Assembly: GCA_050230475.1 (NCBI GenBank)
Contig: JBFLGF010000036.1
Location: 1 to 64,000 of the forward strand
Direction: 5' to 3'
Origin: Ancylonema sp.
Taxonomy: Eukaryota
DNA length: 64,000 nucleotides
Positions 24,971 to 36,234 of this stretch are shown here, piece after piece. The notes under the pieces were generated by a model that was not told the DNA's origin, did no database searches, and worked only from the letters and a program-made list of their open reading frames with translations. Made by a program: the position numbers and the translations under genes. The first letter of the stretch is position 1; each line of letters opens with the position of its first letter.

Positions 24971-25278
24971 GGTGATTTCCTTTGGTTACAATCTTGTGTG
25001 TCTTTGTTGGGCCCGCTTAGGGGATACTCCTATCCCCTACTTTGAATGGCTGAGCAGCTACCCGTAATTATCCTGTGGAAGAAGTACGGATTTATGGTGT
25101 TGGTGTAGAAACATCACTACCGCAACGTAGGGGGTCGACGTCTCATGCGGAGAGCATCAGATATAAGTAGGCCCCACACGGGCTCAACTCGTCGGGTTAA
25201 CTTGTACGTATCGGGCCCGATAAAAAAAGGTTAAAAACACGACACGTCACGCCTTTGAAAAGGCAATATTAGCATATA

Positions 25279-26955
25279 CATTAAATACTCGTTATAGAAA
25301 CACTCTTGGGACACCGAAAACGTGTGCCTGCAACGTGGTTATATCTGTAACGCGTTAATCGCGTTACAGGCACATTTGCCAGGGGGCCTGAGGCAGATAA
25401 GCCTGTAACGAGGGAATCTCAACATTTTGATCCCTGAGCTCATGAACTTCGTCTGCCATGTCGTTGAAAACATTTCACCATGAAATACTGTCTTATTTGC
25501 TGATTGGAGCGTGAATACTTACAATGGTATCATATTCACTTGCATATAGTTTGTGAAATGCGATGGCTGTCCAAGGTAATGGTCGTTAACTTCGTCCATC
25601 CATTTCAAGGCATATGAAGCTCATATAATGGAACATAAATATTTATCGTGATGGGATGGTCTTGCCTTTGATTTTTTGTAAACAAGTATGGATTTAGGCA
25701 TGCATGCCACTATCTTTAACAAGAGCCAATAAATTGAATTTGTGCACAAAAGAGTAGCTACATATTTTTCTGCCAACATTGCACGGAAAGTACTTCCACT
25801 GTGCTTAACATCCACTTACATACCCACTACCGGGAAAAAATATTGATTACCTCTAGCTTGCGGTTCATAACACATGTTGTTTGCACATTGCCAATAACTG
25901 CTGTGCCATCAGCCATGCTGGACTGTGACACTTGTAAACTGAATGACGAACGAGTCAACCTTGAAGTCATATAAGCTTGATCATGCTTGACTTACTTCAA
26001 AGCACGGAATCATACACGAAATGCAATACTTGACTGATGTGCAATGAATAAATAATTATCAATCCACAATGCTTGGACTTTATAAGTCCATTGCTAACTA
26101 ACTAGAAGTTGCTATGACCGTTCACAAACGAAATATCTAAGTACAATGACCATTCCACAAACGAGAATGGACTTCTTACATTATGCACCATATGCAATGC
26201 ATTATACTATGCATTGCACCAAACCGTCAACTCTATGCACAAGCAGTTCTTCTAACTTCATTACTTCTAAACGTTCATGTAACTTAAACGATGCTTCATA
26301 TTCCACCAGTCAACCTAGCATGCATATGGTCAAATACCTTGAAGACCTCATTTATAACCTACTTTGGTTTCCGTTCGCGTTATAACGAGCCAATTCAATT
26401 CTCTTTATAACAAAGTCTATTCACTAGTGCGAACCTCGTTCTAAGGCCATTATTGATTGCCTTATACTATAATAACTTGAATGCCAATTGTTGGACTTGT
26501 AACACATCTTCATCCCCAAGACAAGCATCTTGGGCGATAAAGTTTGCAATGCCTTTTAGAGACTCCCTACATTCCACAAGAGTCATCTTGGAAGGTCCCA
26601 TGTCGACACCGTCATCATCACTCTCAATGAGTTCAACATCCATCTCCTCACATCCCATGTGTTGCACATGGTCCACAATCTACCCCATGTTTCAATGTAG
26701 AGATGATGCTATGCGCCGAAAAAGGAATAAAACCTCCCACTGAATTGATTATTTTCCCCCAGTAGCCCGTAACGTCAGCATATTTTATGACGTCATAACT
26801 CGTTATAGGCACACAATGGATTTTTGGTGTGCCTGTAACGTGGTGTGCTAGTGCCTATAACGAGGAAGATTTGGCGTGGGAAAGTTGGTACACGCGATCT
26901 TGGTGCTTGTAACGTGATTGTGCCTATAACGAGTGTGCTTGTAACGAGTATTTAC
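25279..26955 (-). mobile_element. Non-autonomous pogo/Tigger-like (Tc1/mariner superfamily) DNA transposon
   Basis: TA+CATTAAATACTCGTTATA on the left, TGTAACGAGTATTTAC on the right; many subterminal GCCT(A/G)TAACG motifs; acidic then amphipathic remnant (26467-26676) resembling a pogo transposase C-terminus. Confidence 0.7.
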
Positions 26956-26970
26956 GTCGAGCTAGTCGTA

Positions 26971-29680
26971 TTGATCTCATAGCAAGAGGAGCAGACGAGT
27001 AGACGAGTAGCACAAACGCAAACTGCAGAGTCTGTATCTAAGCTTAGCTAACACAAGATGTTGTTCCAAAAAGACCTAAAAATATTCTAGTCCTTCAAAA
27101 ATTCATAGAAGTCTCATTCTACACTCAGTTATGTGACCAAACGTATAAAGTCTCCGAAAGCACTTTCAACTTTCTAGATATGCCGAATCCGAAATTTTAC
27201 ATGACATTAAATGCTCCTCGATTCAGACTATTGAATTTTGCATACGTGAAAATTTAAAATAAGACTCAAACTACATGCATTTATGTGATGAGATGCATTG
27301 CTACCAAATTTGCCTCCTGAAGTCCTAACTTTTAGAGCACCAGCATCTTTTCATATATGGCTATAGCGAATCTGTAAAATTCCATGATAGAATATGTAGT
27401 TTTCAAAAGAGTTCCGAAATTGATAGAACATCAAAATATTTAAAAACAGTGAAGCTACTTGCATATATGTGATCGGATAAATTGCACCTGAATTCACAGT
27501 CTATGTTAAAAATGCACCAGTAGCTTTTTGAATACGGCGATGCCGACTCTCTATCTCTGCAAGACACTACAAGCTTCTCAGCTCAGTCTACCGCAATCAG
27601 CTCTACGCGGAGAAATTTGAAGACGTATATGGGAATTTGTTACAATCACTCTAAACTAGGAGCTTGTCGTGTGATCTATCATCGTGTCATCCTCACAAGT
27701 GTCACACTATCGTTATGGAGAACATCATCGTTCAATGAATTACATACGTACGAAACACTACTTCCCTACACACGTGTCCGCTCGTACGTGCAACATGATC
27801 TAGCCCAGATCCACACCACACTCATGCGATACAACTAATGGCCACCGCCAACAACTCACTAGCACTTAAGACTTGCCAAATGTAAATCATTAGTCTTCCC
27901 ACAAGCAAGGCATTGCCGAGGCTTGGACGTAACGTGTCCGAAGCGTTATAATGGTCTTAAAGGTTGTTATTTTACTAGATCGATATGGATACTCGTTCGG
28001 TAGACATTCCAATTGAGAACAAAAAGCACATACACATACCAGCCGAGAACACTCAAAGCAACAACAATACACAATGTTGAATGCAAAATGACAGCGTGTT
28101 CCCGAGGTGCACTCCGACCGAATGAGGCCAAAGTGCAAAGATTACAGATTGTGTAGATCCTAGCTAGAAAAGCATCTACGATCTTCTGCGGCGCCCATTG
28201 GCCGACCGACAAGCTAGCATCCTCACTCTCAGCCAAGTATTCTAGTAGCGACATCATGCAGATCGACTCTACAAGTGAATACAATCTATGGCTGCCACAG
28301 AGCATCTCCGGCCGTACACCTAAGTAGCCGACCTCCGCTAACTACTGCCAGGTTTACATCCAACAACACAAACGCAAGCGCCGAGCTCTGTCGTCATCTA
28401 AAATGTATTACAAGCTCCCTAGGTGTCTAGGAGTGTCTTCCGGACATGACGCCGGGTTTGACGGAGCAATCATAATTTTTCTATGTTGTGAAAATAAACC
28501 ATTCTATCGCGAAACGAAACATCTCGATAAATCCTCGCACCCACGTATGTGTCAAATTATTGTATAGGCACATATACCCGTGCCCGCGCCCAATCACCGT
28601 GGGAAGGGAGGGGAACCCAGGGAAGGGGGGGGGGGGGGTGGGAGGGGAAGGTTAAGGGAAGGGAACCTAGCCTAAGGGCCGAGGAGGGGGTGAGGAGGGG
28701 AGGGGCGGAGAACTTATGGAACTCTTGGTTGTTTGAACGATTTTGGCTTCACATAGCTCAACCTGTTTTTTAAAATTGATCGCGACACGGTTCGGGACGC
28801 GAAATCTGAAACGATGGAATTCGTGGGCGTATCGCCCACCAATGTCTAGGAAGGCTCACCGTAAAACCCTAATTTGATCCCCCACGTTTTTTCTTCCGAA
28901 TCGTTTTACGCATCTCCCTACCCCTTATCCCCACCCGTTTTCAATAATTAAATAATTAATTTCGATCCCCCCACCCACCAACACCAAAACTCGGGTACCC
29001 ATACTCCCACTCCCAACTCCCCCATCCAAACCCTTCGCAATCGTGTCCCATCCCCAAAGTGTCAGTCCATAATGGGTCCGATCGACTGCCTCCCAGTGTT
29101 CGCTATTTGTGCTGCCGGTTGCTCGAAAGAGCTTGTGCGCCAGAGCGGTGCATATAGTTTCACGATGTAGCGTGCAATTTAATATTGTATCGGGTCAATT
29201 ACGCACGTGCTGATATGTTTGGACACGTGGCAGTCCGATGCCAACGCCAACGCCTTATTTAAATCGGAGATCCTTGGCACAGACCACTACAAATTGTAGT
29301 CTACAATACATTTTTTATTTTTTTTTGAAAGTAGAGGTGATCCTATTTTGTATCAACCTTTGTTTTGGGTTTTTGGTCATCCAGAGGTGCCTTGATAATT
29401 TTTCCTGACTTTGGAATGGTTAGTCATGTGGTGTCCAATTTTTCAAGGACGCTAGAGTTTGGTTATACATGGTTGGTACATGCACACATCAGTATAGGAG
29501 TGCTTGATTGTATTGTCTGAGCTTATCAGATGTTTACCGTAGGATTAGACGTGGATGCTAGAGCTTATGTTATCTCAGCTACCATGATTATTGCAGTTCC
29601 TACCGACACATTATTCTATTGTACTCTATAAAAAAAAAAGTACTTAAATTCAAACTAAATCCCCACTTTAAACCCCTTTT
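26971..29680. repeat. Composite non-coding repeat, copy B
   Basis: Collinear with 17854-21950 but carries different inserts. Confidence 0.6.
29301..29605 (+). pseudogene. cox1: Nuclear copy of a mitochondrial cox1 fragment (NUMT), degenerate
   Basis: Reads GDPILYQPLFWVFGHPEV ... FGMVSHVVS ... SIGVL ... [13 protein letters not shown]...[11 protein letters not shown]-rich codons; has indels and a TGA. Confidence 0.93.
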
Positions 29681-30551
29681 AATTATTTTTTATCTTCCCT
29701 AGAACCGGAAAAATAATTGTTTTCATACACGCAACCCACGGGGTTTGATTTAATTGGTGGGTTTTTATACGGTTTCTACGGTCTATCGTATGTCCAATGG
29801 CCAAAAAAAGAAACGGCAATAAACTATCGTCAAAACTACGCCGAAGATATATGTCGACATGATCCATGACGATGTTGATAGCATTGTGTGCAACCAGGTG
29901 GGGCTGGGGTTGGGGGTAGGACGCAAATCCCCCACCCTTTTGCGACCCTTTCCCAGCCCCCGGTCTGGGTTAGGGTCGGACCCGCATTGGGCCTCCCTAA
30001 TCCGGGTTCGACCCCCCCAATCCGGGTTGGTCGTGTTGGAAGGGGATCGGGGTATTTACTACTCCGATATTGGTCTCGTAAACACCCTTGGAGAGGTCGA
30101 GAAATTTCCTATGATAGCACTTGCTTCATTTCATATTATCATCACCATCTTAAAAAAACTAAATAATATGACGTAACTACCAAACAATTGATTTAAACAA
30201 ACACGACGGTGATGAAAGAATTCGCCTAATTTTTATTTTGATGTTATTACATTGGAACCATTACGCACCTTTATGTGTGACGTAAATGCAGGGCTTATAT
30301 TTAGAAATAATAAGCAAGTCAGCAATTCAAAGGGATATAGCATGAAGAGGCAAGAAATATATGTATCGCTTTACACTCGAATTCTTGTCATCGACCATTC
30401 CCATCCAGAATCTCTTTGGTATCTATCGTGAAGAGTGTGCGCTCGTTGGTTGGGCTATACTTGTTGAAAATAGCATCGTTATTAACCCTTAATAGTGATA
30501 TACTCTTACAACTTCTCGAATATTTAAGGCAGGCTTTGTTGTACAAGCCAT

Positions 30552-31216
30552 TGTGTACGCCATATTGACGTCCACTCTTATCTGAACTCTTAACTCACTC
30601 TGAAACACAAATAGTGCTCAATGACTATTTAACACATACTCATACTCAATAAACACATACTCATACTCAACTGCGGATTCACATTCTCATCAAACTCATA
30701 CTCATTGTGCGCGACACATAGACACAACTTCTTTCTCATAAAAGCAAGTGAAAATACTATAGTGGTTCGGTAAGCGAATCTCGACCCGCTAGCCAAAAGT
30801 ATGACCTTGGAACACGCAACCGAGTCCAAAGCACACCTAAACGACTTACGACCCTTTGATACGTCGAACGATCAATCTAAACTCGGTCATACACAATCTT
30901 CATAAATACGCACGCTCGCGCCAAGTTAGGCCACGCCGTCGCCACGCTGTCACTGACACAAAATCGCCGATACATTATTCTAACCAACCGTATCACTAAG
31001 ATAACAAACCAAACTTAACACGCGTCGCAATACTACCTATCTCCGATGTAAGCACCAAACACATCTTATCCATTTAATAGACGCACACTCACACACAAAA
31101 CCAAAAACGTCACCGAACACGCCAAGAGTTCCCGTCAAAATAAATTGGCAACTTTGGCCACCTGAAAGTTAAACACTAATATAATATACAAGTTATGTTG
31201 GAGCACATATCTCACA
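30552..31216 (-). mobile_element. Solo LTR of the same family as 7628-13628, with 5-bp TSD GCCAT
   Basis: GCCAT at 30547-30551 and 31217-31221; empty site ACAAGCCATCGTTTCG at 35761-35776. Confidence 0.96.
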
Positions 31217-31696
31217 GCCATCGTTTCGTTGCAACTAGATAGAGTATCCGTTGATTGCTTTTTATTGATCCGTGTTTCAATTTACAGCATCGTAGATTGA
31301 GGTAGGACAGGACCGCTGAGATGTTTAGTCATTTTTGTGGAAGGATCGAAGTGAGGGAAATTTGGGATGGGGGGGTCCCGGTAACAGGTTTGAGCAGTTA
31401 TAAAAACATGCCGTGCCTCGTGGAAGTCGGGACTGGAATTGGATTGACGTCACCAACGACGTTTGACGTGATGTGACGTGTGCGCTGTAAGAGGCTTGTC
31501 GCGACCCGCTCGAATACCAACTTGAAGTACTCGCCATTGGAAGGCATAAAGCTCGTCATTTTAACAAAATGTCTTCAGAGACGGTGCGTAGTTGGCTGTA
31601 GCAGGTTGAGCGCCTGGCTTGCTCCATTTACTATCTCCTTCAGAATTAGCAATACTCCACAGCTCGAGGAAGACGAGCCCTACCGTCACATCGGAA

Positions 31697-34078
31697 ATGG
31701 CGGCAGCGGCCTCCGCCATCTATTTTCTCAACTTACGAGGGGATGTGCTCATCAATCGAATGTACCGCGATGATGGCGGGTAATATTTATGATGCAACGT
31801 GGCGAGACCCTGGCTTGTTTAGTGACTGACTTGGCCGTGCCCCTCGTGGGTAGCAGGGGGTCCCTGGTGGACGCTTTTCGTACGAACATTCTGCACAGCA
31901 AGGACCTCGGAGTGTGTCCCGTGCGGCAGCTAGGGAACGCTTCCTTCTTATACATGCGGGTCAGCAACGTGTACATCGTTATGACAGTCACATCCAATTG
32001 CAACGCGGCTTGCGCGTTTAAATTCGCGGTTGAGGTCAGTGGCTGTTTTGCAACCCAGCTTCTGGACCGTCTTAAGAAGGGCAGCAGTTGGAGTTGACAG
32101 AAGGGGGGAAGGGGCTCAGGCGGTGTCGCTCTTTAAATCTTACTTTGGCGGGGCCTTCAATGAGGATGCCATCAAGAACAATTTTGTGCTCATATACGAG
32201 CTTCTGGATGGTACGATTCTCCTCTCGATGATACTCATACTCACAATGATCTCTTTGGAAGTGTAAGCTGCGGACCGGGCGCAAGTACTTAATATCCATT
32301 TTTCATCCTGTTCCACACGTGTGTGCAGAGATCATGGATTTCGGGTACCCGCAGAACTTGTCTCCCGAGATATTGAAGCTTTATATCACTCAGCAAGGGT
32401 TCAAAAATCCTTTCTCCAAGGTCTCTCTCTCCGCCCCCTGCCACCCGCCACCCGCCACCCGCCATTCTGCCATTCTGCCATTCTGCCATTCTGCCATTCT
32501 GCCGCTGTCTTTCCTGAGACCCTCTCTCCCTCTTTCCCTCTGCAGAAGGAGGAGATTCAAGTCGCTCCGAATGCCACGCTGCAGGTGACAGGGGCGGTTG
32601 GATGGAGGAGAGAGGGCCTGTACTACAAGAGGACTGAAGTGTTTCTGGACATTATAGAGAGTGTGAACCTGCTCATGTCCCAAAACGGTTAGCCCCAAGT
32701 CCTTCTACCCCCCCCCCCTCCCCCCCGGGTGCCCTGGCCGGTTATTACTCTGCTGCTCTGCTCTGCAGGCTCCATCCTGCGCTGTGACGTGAGCGGCAAA
32801 ATTATGATGAAGTGCTTTCTTTCGGGAATGCCCGACTTGAAGCTGGGCCTGAACGACAAGATAGGGCTCGAGAAAGAGGCGCAGGCGCGGGCTCGGCCGA
32901 CCAGGGGGTACAACCTCACATTGCCTGCAGCAAGGCATCCAGAGCTCATAGTTGACAGATGGTGGCGTGTGGGGGAGCATGTAGGGGGAAGTCCATCGAG
33001 CTGGATGACGTCACCTTCCACCAGTGCGTGAACCTCACCCGGTTCGACACAGAGAAGACGGTGAGCTTTGTGCCTCCCGACGGCGAGTTTGAGCTCATGA
33101 AGTACCGCATCTCAGAGGGCATCAACCTCCCTTTCCGAGTGCTACCCAGCTGGAAGGATCTGGGCAGGACGAGGTTTCAGGTCAACGTCAAGGTCTGCAC
33201 GCTCTCCCTTACTCCCTCAGCTGTCTGGCATCCCCCTTTGATGCTTCTGAGGGGCTGGAGGCGCAGATTAAGAGCGTGTTTGGGGCGAAACTGTTCGCCC
33301 TGGGCGTGGTGGTGAAGATCCCGGTGCCCAAACAGACTGCCAAAGCCACGTTCCACACCACGGCAGGGAGGGCCAAGTACTCCTCCGCACTCGATGCCTT
33401 GGTCAGGAAGTGAGCGCTGCACAGTGCACACCCGCCCCCTCTCTCGCCGACACTCACTCGTTTCATTCATATCTCCCCGAAAGAGCACATCAATCCATAC
33501 TTTGGGATGAGGAAGATGTCTGTCAACATCTCAGTGTGAAGAATGAAGAATGAAGAATGAAGAATGAGGAATGAAGAATGAAGAATGAAGAATGAAGAAT
33601 GAAGAACAAGGAGTGATTTAGTTTTAGTGAGGTCAGTAGAGAGGTGGTGATGGGGAGGGAGGGGTGTTGGCATGGGTCAGGATCAAGAAGTTTCCGGGGC
33701 AGACAGAGCTCAGCATGAGCGCAGAGGTGGACCTCATCTCCACCACGACCGAAAAGAAGAGCACCACGCGGCCGCCCATCCAGATGGAGTTCCAAGTCAG
33801 CCAGCAGGGGAAGGGGATGGGGAGTCGGAGAACAGGTTTTGAGCCTAGCGGGGGGGTGAGGTGCAGGTGCCAATGTTTACCGCATCCGGGCTGCGAGTGC
33901 GCTTTCTAAAGGTGGGTGAAGTGTGCCTATGTCCAGGGAAGTATTGTGTCGTGTTCGGCCCATCATAGCTAAGGTGGTTTGGTGGGGGTTGGCGCAGGTG
34001 TGGGAGAAGAGCAGCTACAGCACCGTGGAATGGGTTCGCTACATTACTCGGGCAGGGTCGTATGAAATCCGGGTGTAA
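31697..34078 (+). CDS. AP2M: AP-2 complex subunit mu, copy 1
   Basis: [105 protein letters not shown]; spliced frame intact. Confidence 0.96.
33537..33606. repeat. Heptamer array (TGAAGAA)n in an AP2M copy 1 intron
   Basis: About 10 units; only about 2 units at the paralogous site near 38033. Confidence 0.95.
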
Positions 34079-36234
34079 GCGCGGCAGCCTGTAGAAGCAG
34101 CGGTCACAGAGGAAGAGTGAGGTGGAGACAGTCCACCGCAGTATTTGACCGATTCTAAAAAGTTGACTCCTTCATTCCAGTACTCGAAGGGTGTACCAGT
34201 GAGGAGTGATTGTTAGAAGGGGCGCTTGTCAAGATACAACCATCTGTGGCCCGTCATAGTCGATTTGGTGCTCCCATGGACGGCAAGCGACCGTGAGGGT
34301 ACTATGTTGAGACCTTTTAATCCTATGGTGAGAGTGATCGGAGGAAGTTCGAATTTTGATGAAATGTATCGGTGATCATTTTAAAAGGGCCTTATTTATC
34401 GGCCCGTGCTATGCTGCTTTATCCATGTCTCTGAGTCCGCATACTTTTGTACCCGAGGGAACTTGAAAGTAGCCCTGCATATTGCTATGTATCCCACTCA
34501 AATCAGCTTCTTTTTGTTGATATGGTGTCTGCATTATTGAAAAAAAAACTTGATTCGACATCATGAAATCATGTGTGCACAAGAAACGCATTGAGTTACG
34601 CTTTTTCATTAATTCCATGAGGGGATTGTACGTGCATGCAACACAAATATAGTTACTTTTGCCATGATGATTCATGTTCTCAAGGAACCTGGGTTGCCAA
34701 CACTCCTTAAAAATAACCTGATACCCTTTGGGTCGGTACCTAACATTTTGCGCGCAAACATCATATCGCACATGTAGAGGTACAGCTAGAGATATGCAAT
34801 AGACAATCATACATGGTTGAAAATTCTATGGAAAGAGTGGTTGACATTGGAGATATTTAGCATACCAAAAGAAGAAAAAAACCCGATGATGGGAAATATT
34901 TAAACTACCTATAAAGCGTACCATTTTCCAGACCCATTTGCCATCCTTTTGTAAAATATTTCGGAAAATAATCGTTTTGTACAATGTGTGACCATACTTG
35001 AGAGACAAATATGAAATTGTGAATGAAAGTCACCCCCCTCTTTGTCAATACCCACTTCTTTGATATTGTCCCGATTTAAAACCGTATCCGTCAAAGGTAT
35101 AAAATTCCAGTGGAACAAAATCGATAAAAAAAAGACATTACTTTGTGGGTATTTTCATTTTACGAATTTTGTTCATCAAACCATTGCTGATGTCATTGTT
35201 GGGTGAGCGAGGTTGTAAAACAAAACAAGGAAAACAACATCCATTGATGAGACCCTTCATTGAGTGGCGTCATTTTATGGTTTGAAATCATATAACGGCA
35301 ATTTGCGAGTAAATGAAATAAAAATAAAAATCACTACGTAGTGAAGAACAACCAAGATGCGTTATCTTTTAATACACTATTGATGAGCGCATGTACAACA
35401 TCATTTCAATATATGCAAGACCAGATTTGGGGCCATGTAAGAAACCTTCTAAGATACAAATACATGATACACAGCGCTCCTACCAAAGATCAGATTTACT
35501 TATAATTGATGACCACTTGTAGTAATTAGTAATTAATAATTAGTAATTAGTAATTAGTAATTGTTTGGCGGACCGCGGATTAGGTCATGACGCTATGTGA
35601 TTACATCCATGATGTCGGATTCACATTTAATTCGCACGAGTGAATGCATAGAACGACAAATTTCGTTATAAATCGTTCATCGCACGTGTGGACATTACAC
35701 GATGGAATAACATACGACAACTCTTACAACTTCTCGAATATTTAAGGTAGGTTTTGTTGTACAAGCCATCGTTTCGTTGCAACTGGATAGAGTATCCGTT
35801 GATTGCTTTTTGTTGATCCGTGTTTCAATTTAAATTATCATAGATAGGTAGGAAAGGACCGCTGAGATGTCAAGTCATTTTTGTGGAAGGGTCGAAGTGT
35901 TGGAAATTTGGGATGGGGGGGATCCGGTAACAGGTTTGAGGAGTTATTAAAACAAGCCGTGGAAGTGGAAGTTGGGACTGGAATTGGTTTGACGTTGACG
36001 TTTGACGTCATGTGACGTGTGCGCTGTACGAGGCTTGCCGGGACCCGTTGCAATACCAACTTGAAGTACCCGCTATTGCACTGCAGAAAGCTCGTCATCA
36101 TAACAGAGAGTCCTCAGGGGAAGGCGCGTGGATGGCCATTGCAAGTCGAGCCCCTGGCTAGCTCCGTACACTATCCTTCAAAACTAACAACACTCTACAG
36201 CTCGAGGAAGACGAGTCCTACCGTCACATCGGAA

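Noticed and set aside
28600..28710. G-rich tract as a functional G-quadruplex element
   Set aside because: Lies within a repeat, and G/C runs are common across the window; no evidence of function.
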